A DNA stretch of 64,000 bases from Lingula anatina. Taxonomy: Eukaryota > Animalia > Brachiopoda. The translations under genes were made by a program, and so were the position numbers. The stretch is taken from the NCBI GenBank assembly GCA_051362555.1, contig CM120643.1, forward strand, positions 17,426,848-17,490,847. Reading direction: 5' to 3'. Below are positions 61,701-64,000 of the stretch, in pieces; positions within the stretch are counted from its first letter, which is position 1, and each line of letters begins with the position of its first letter. The notes under the pieces were generated by a model, which did not search any database, was not told where the DNA came from, and saw nothing but the letters and a program-made list of their open reading frames with translations.

Positions 61701-63693
61701 TACTCAAAGCAAATTATTTTAATTCCACATAATTATAATTGCAGGAGCGAGTACCCCAGCTTTTAAAGAAGGGAGAGTACAGCCCAGAAGACCTTTGTTT
61801 TTCATTACAGGAGACCGTTTTTGCTATGCTAGTGGAAATCACAGGTAGAGATTTGGTGAAAGTGTATTTAACTTATTATTCTAGTATTATATTTATATAG
61901 ACAATTCAATTTTGACATCAAAATTGCATAAAGTTTTAAGAAATAAACCAACATCTTTCGATTTGAGACCAGGTCAGCTTTATTTAATGCAATTGATTTC
62001 TGATTTTTTTTTCTTTTTGTGCCAATTGTAAATGTAAAAGTTACTAAAATTATCAAAATATTATTCTTTTCTACTCGGTAAACACCAATATCTGTTTATG
62101 TGTCAGCCTTACTGTATAGTTTGATTCCTTCATTTAGTTATGCTATTAATTTTCAGAGCGGGCCATGGCACACTGTGGTTCCCAAGAAGTTCTCATAGTA
62201 GGAGGAGTGGGGTGTAAGTGACCTCATATTTTATGCATTATAGAATTATATGGATTACAAGAAATGTATATTACATAATGAGACATTGTGTATTTTATCA
62301 TTTTATTTATCCTTGATAGAATAAAATACAATTTCCACTGGCTTAACTTACTAATAACACAGATAAAGAAAGTGTATGTTCACACATAGCCATTGATTGT
62401 CATGGTGTTTTTAAGGTGGAAACTTCAGAAACCAAAAAGAAAGATAATTTAATTATCATGGTTATTTGATGGCTGAGGTGGGATCAGTCTGTGACAATGG
62501 ATGGTGTATTTAAAGTCAACCAAAAAGTGAATCAGTCAGTCAGTGGAAAATGTTTCTATTTCTTCTTTTTCTGACAGAAAAGTATTTTAAGACCATACTT
62601 TAGCTTGTAAAAATAATCATACTTTAGCTTTTTAATTACATTTTATATACATACTTACGTGCTACCACTAAAATATAAATCTTGTAAGTAATTTTGCACT
62701 ACATTATATATGAAAACATGATTAAAACTGCCAAAACATGATTATTTGTACCAGTCATAGGTAGCAAAGATGGTGGTTAGATCACATTACTGGACTGAGA
62801 GGAAGGTTTTGATATTAAGATGTTGTATTCCATTTTTGAATTGTTTTCAATTTCAGGTAATGAGAGATTGCAGGAGATGATGGGAAAAATGGCTGAGGAG
62901 AGAGGGGCCACACTTTTTGCCACAGATATGAGGTATCTTACTGACAGCTGTGGTAGTAGGAAAAAGAAAGTTTTTTATGAATTTCGAATAAGTTTCAGCC
63001 AAGTTGTAACAGGAAAAGAACTGTTAAGTAAACTAACACCCCATTTCCATAGATTAGATTGACCTACTTTAGATCGACCTAACTCCCTGGGGGTTCACGC
63101 TAAATAGCTGTCAGCTGGGCGGACACGAAAGTTAATAACCTCCTTACAGCTTGTAGTAGGCGGGACGGATATTTAAGTCGGATTATCTGAAAGTAATCTA
63201 GTGAGACTCCCCGCGGGGATAGATCGATCTAAAACCTATGGGAATAGAGCCTAAGTTACTACTATCAGTCAGTCAGCACATAGCCAGGGTAGCTTACATA
63301 CAAATCTCAGTTGGTATCAACTCTTGTCCATGTGTTGTTTTTGTTATATATGTATATATTTTGTACTAGTTGCATCTAAGTCACAGATAAGATGTACCAG
63401 ACAGATGAAATAATTCTCTTTTGCAGGTTCTGCATCGACAATGGCGCGATGATTGCTCAGGCAGGATGGGAAATGTTTAAATCTGGACAAATAACGCCAT
63501 TAGAGGAAACTTGGTGCACGCAAAGGTACGTATCTTAGTCCAGAAACCTCATCACACAACATACATTCCATAATCATTATTGAATTATGAGTAATGCAAT
63601 GTGCCTTTTTGGGGGGGGAGAAATCACATATTCTGATTTTTTTAAATGTTTCACAGGTATAGAACAGATGAAGTGGAAGTGACATGGCGGTGA
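58727..63693 (+). CDS. OSGEP: tRNA N6-adenosine threonylcarbamoyltransferase (OSGEP/Kae1, KEOPS catalytic subunit); 12 coding exons, 334 aa
   Basis: Exons (1005 nt): 58727-58841, 59205-59324, 59690-59791, 59951-60024, 60437-60532, 60837-60886, 61242-61320, 61745-61844, 62157-62213, 62857-62932, 63427-63525, 63657-63693. Motifs: [93 protein letters not shown]. An acceptor at ~58714 implies an upstream non-coding exon. Confidence 0.97.
59792..59950 (+). other. U12-type (minor spliceosome) AT-AC intron in OSGEP
   Basis: The 5' splice site is ATATCCTT (59792), the branch site is TTCTTAAC (59934-59941) and the 3' end is ..TTCAC. Removing the intron restores HCIG-H-IEMGR exactly. Confidence 0.95.
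63037..63251. mobile_element. PIF/Harbinger-like MITE family A, copy 3 (OSGEP intron 10)
   Basis: TAA target-site duplication; same core sequence as the 25968 copy. Confidence 0.8.
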
Positions 63694-64000
63694 TGGCATA
63701 TACAAATGAAATGAAAGTCAACCAACCTTCACAGGGCAGCCAATGACACAATTTATTCTTATAGGTGGACTTATTGTAAGAAAATACAGTACAGAAATGG
63801 TGATGTACAATATGGATTGAATGAAAATTTACACAGGTTAAGTAATAGACAGAAAAAAAAAGAAAATCATTAACACTGCAGGATGTCTACATGGTGTAAG
63901 AAAATTGTTTCTGTTCTGAAAACAAATTCCAACATATTTGCTGAGTTTTATAGTCATAGTCTCTAGCTGTTGATAATTGTTCAAGTCTTCATCATCATTG

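Noticed and set aside
62933-63426. OSGEP intron 10 donor GTATCTTA as a second U12 intron
   Set aside because: It deviates from RTATCCTT and has no CCTTAAC-type branch near the acceptor, which has an ordinary pyrimidine tract. I treat it as U2; a converted U12 relic cannot be shown.

Overview
AT-rich, intron-containing animal genomic DNA, probably from an invertebrate bilaterian; the taxon cannot be fixed from sequence alone. I rebuilt four complete spliced genes by hand, and each gives an open frame. Two tandem, highly diverged SLC15/POT-family transporter paralogs lie on + (1370-9466 and 11198-17804, 10 coding exons each, same intron phases). A naked cuticle (Nkd) Wnt-feedback gene lies on - (54638-20668, 8 coding exons). 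OSGEP/Kae1 lies on + (58727-63693, 12 coding exons) and contains a U12-type AT-AC intron that splits a metal-binding His codon. Non-coding DNA carries PIF/Harbinger-like and Kolobok-like MITEs and two Helentron/HINE-like non-autonomous elements, one holding 146-bp arrays of AGGTCA motifs. It also carries a long fold-back hairpin just after the second SLC15 stop codon and many TCF/LEF-type motifs in Nkd introns. I see no prokaryotic-type system, CRISPR array, tRNA or rRNA. The strongest novelty candidates are the SLC15 paralogs with eroded proton/peptide-coupling residues, the AT-AC intron and the transposon-borne nuclear-receptor-motif array. All coordinates were counted by hand.
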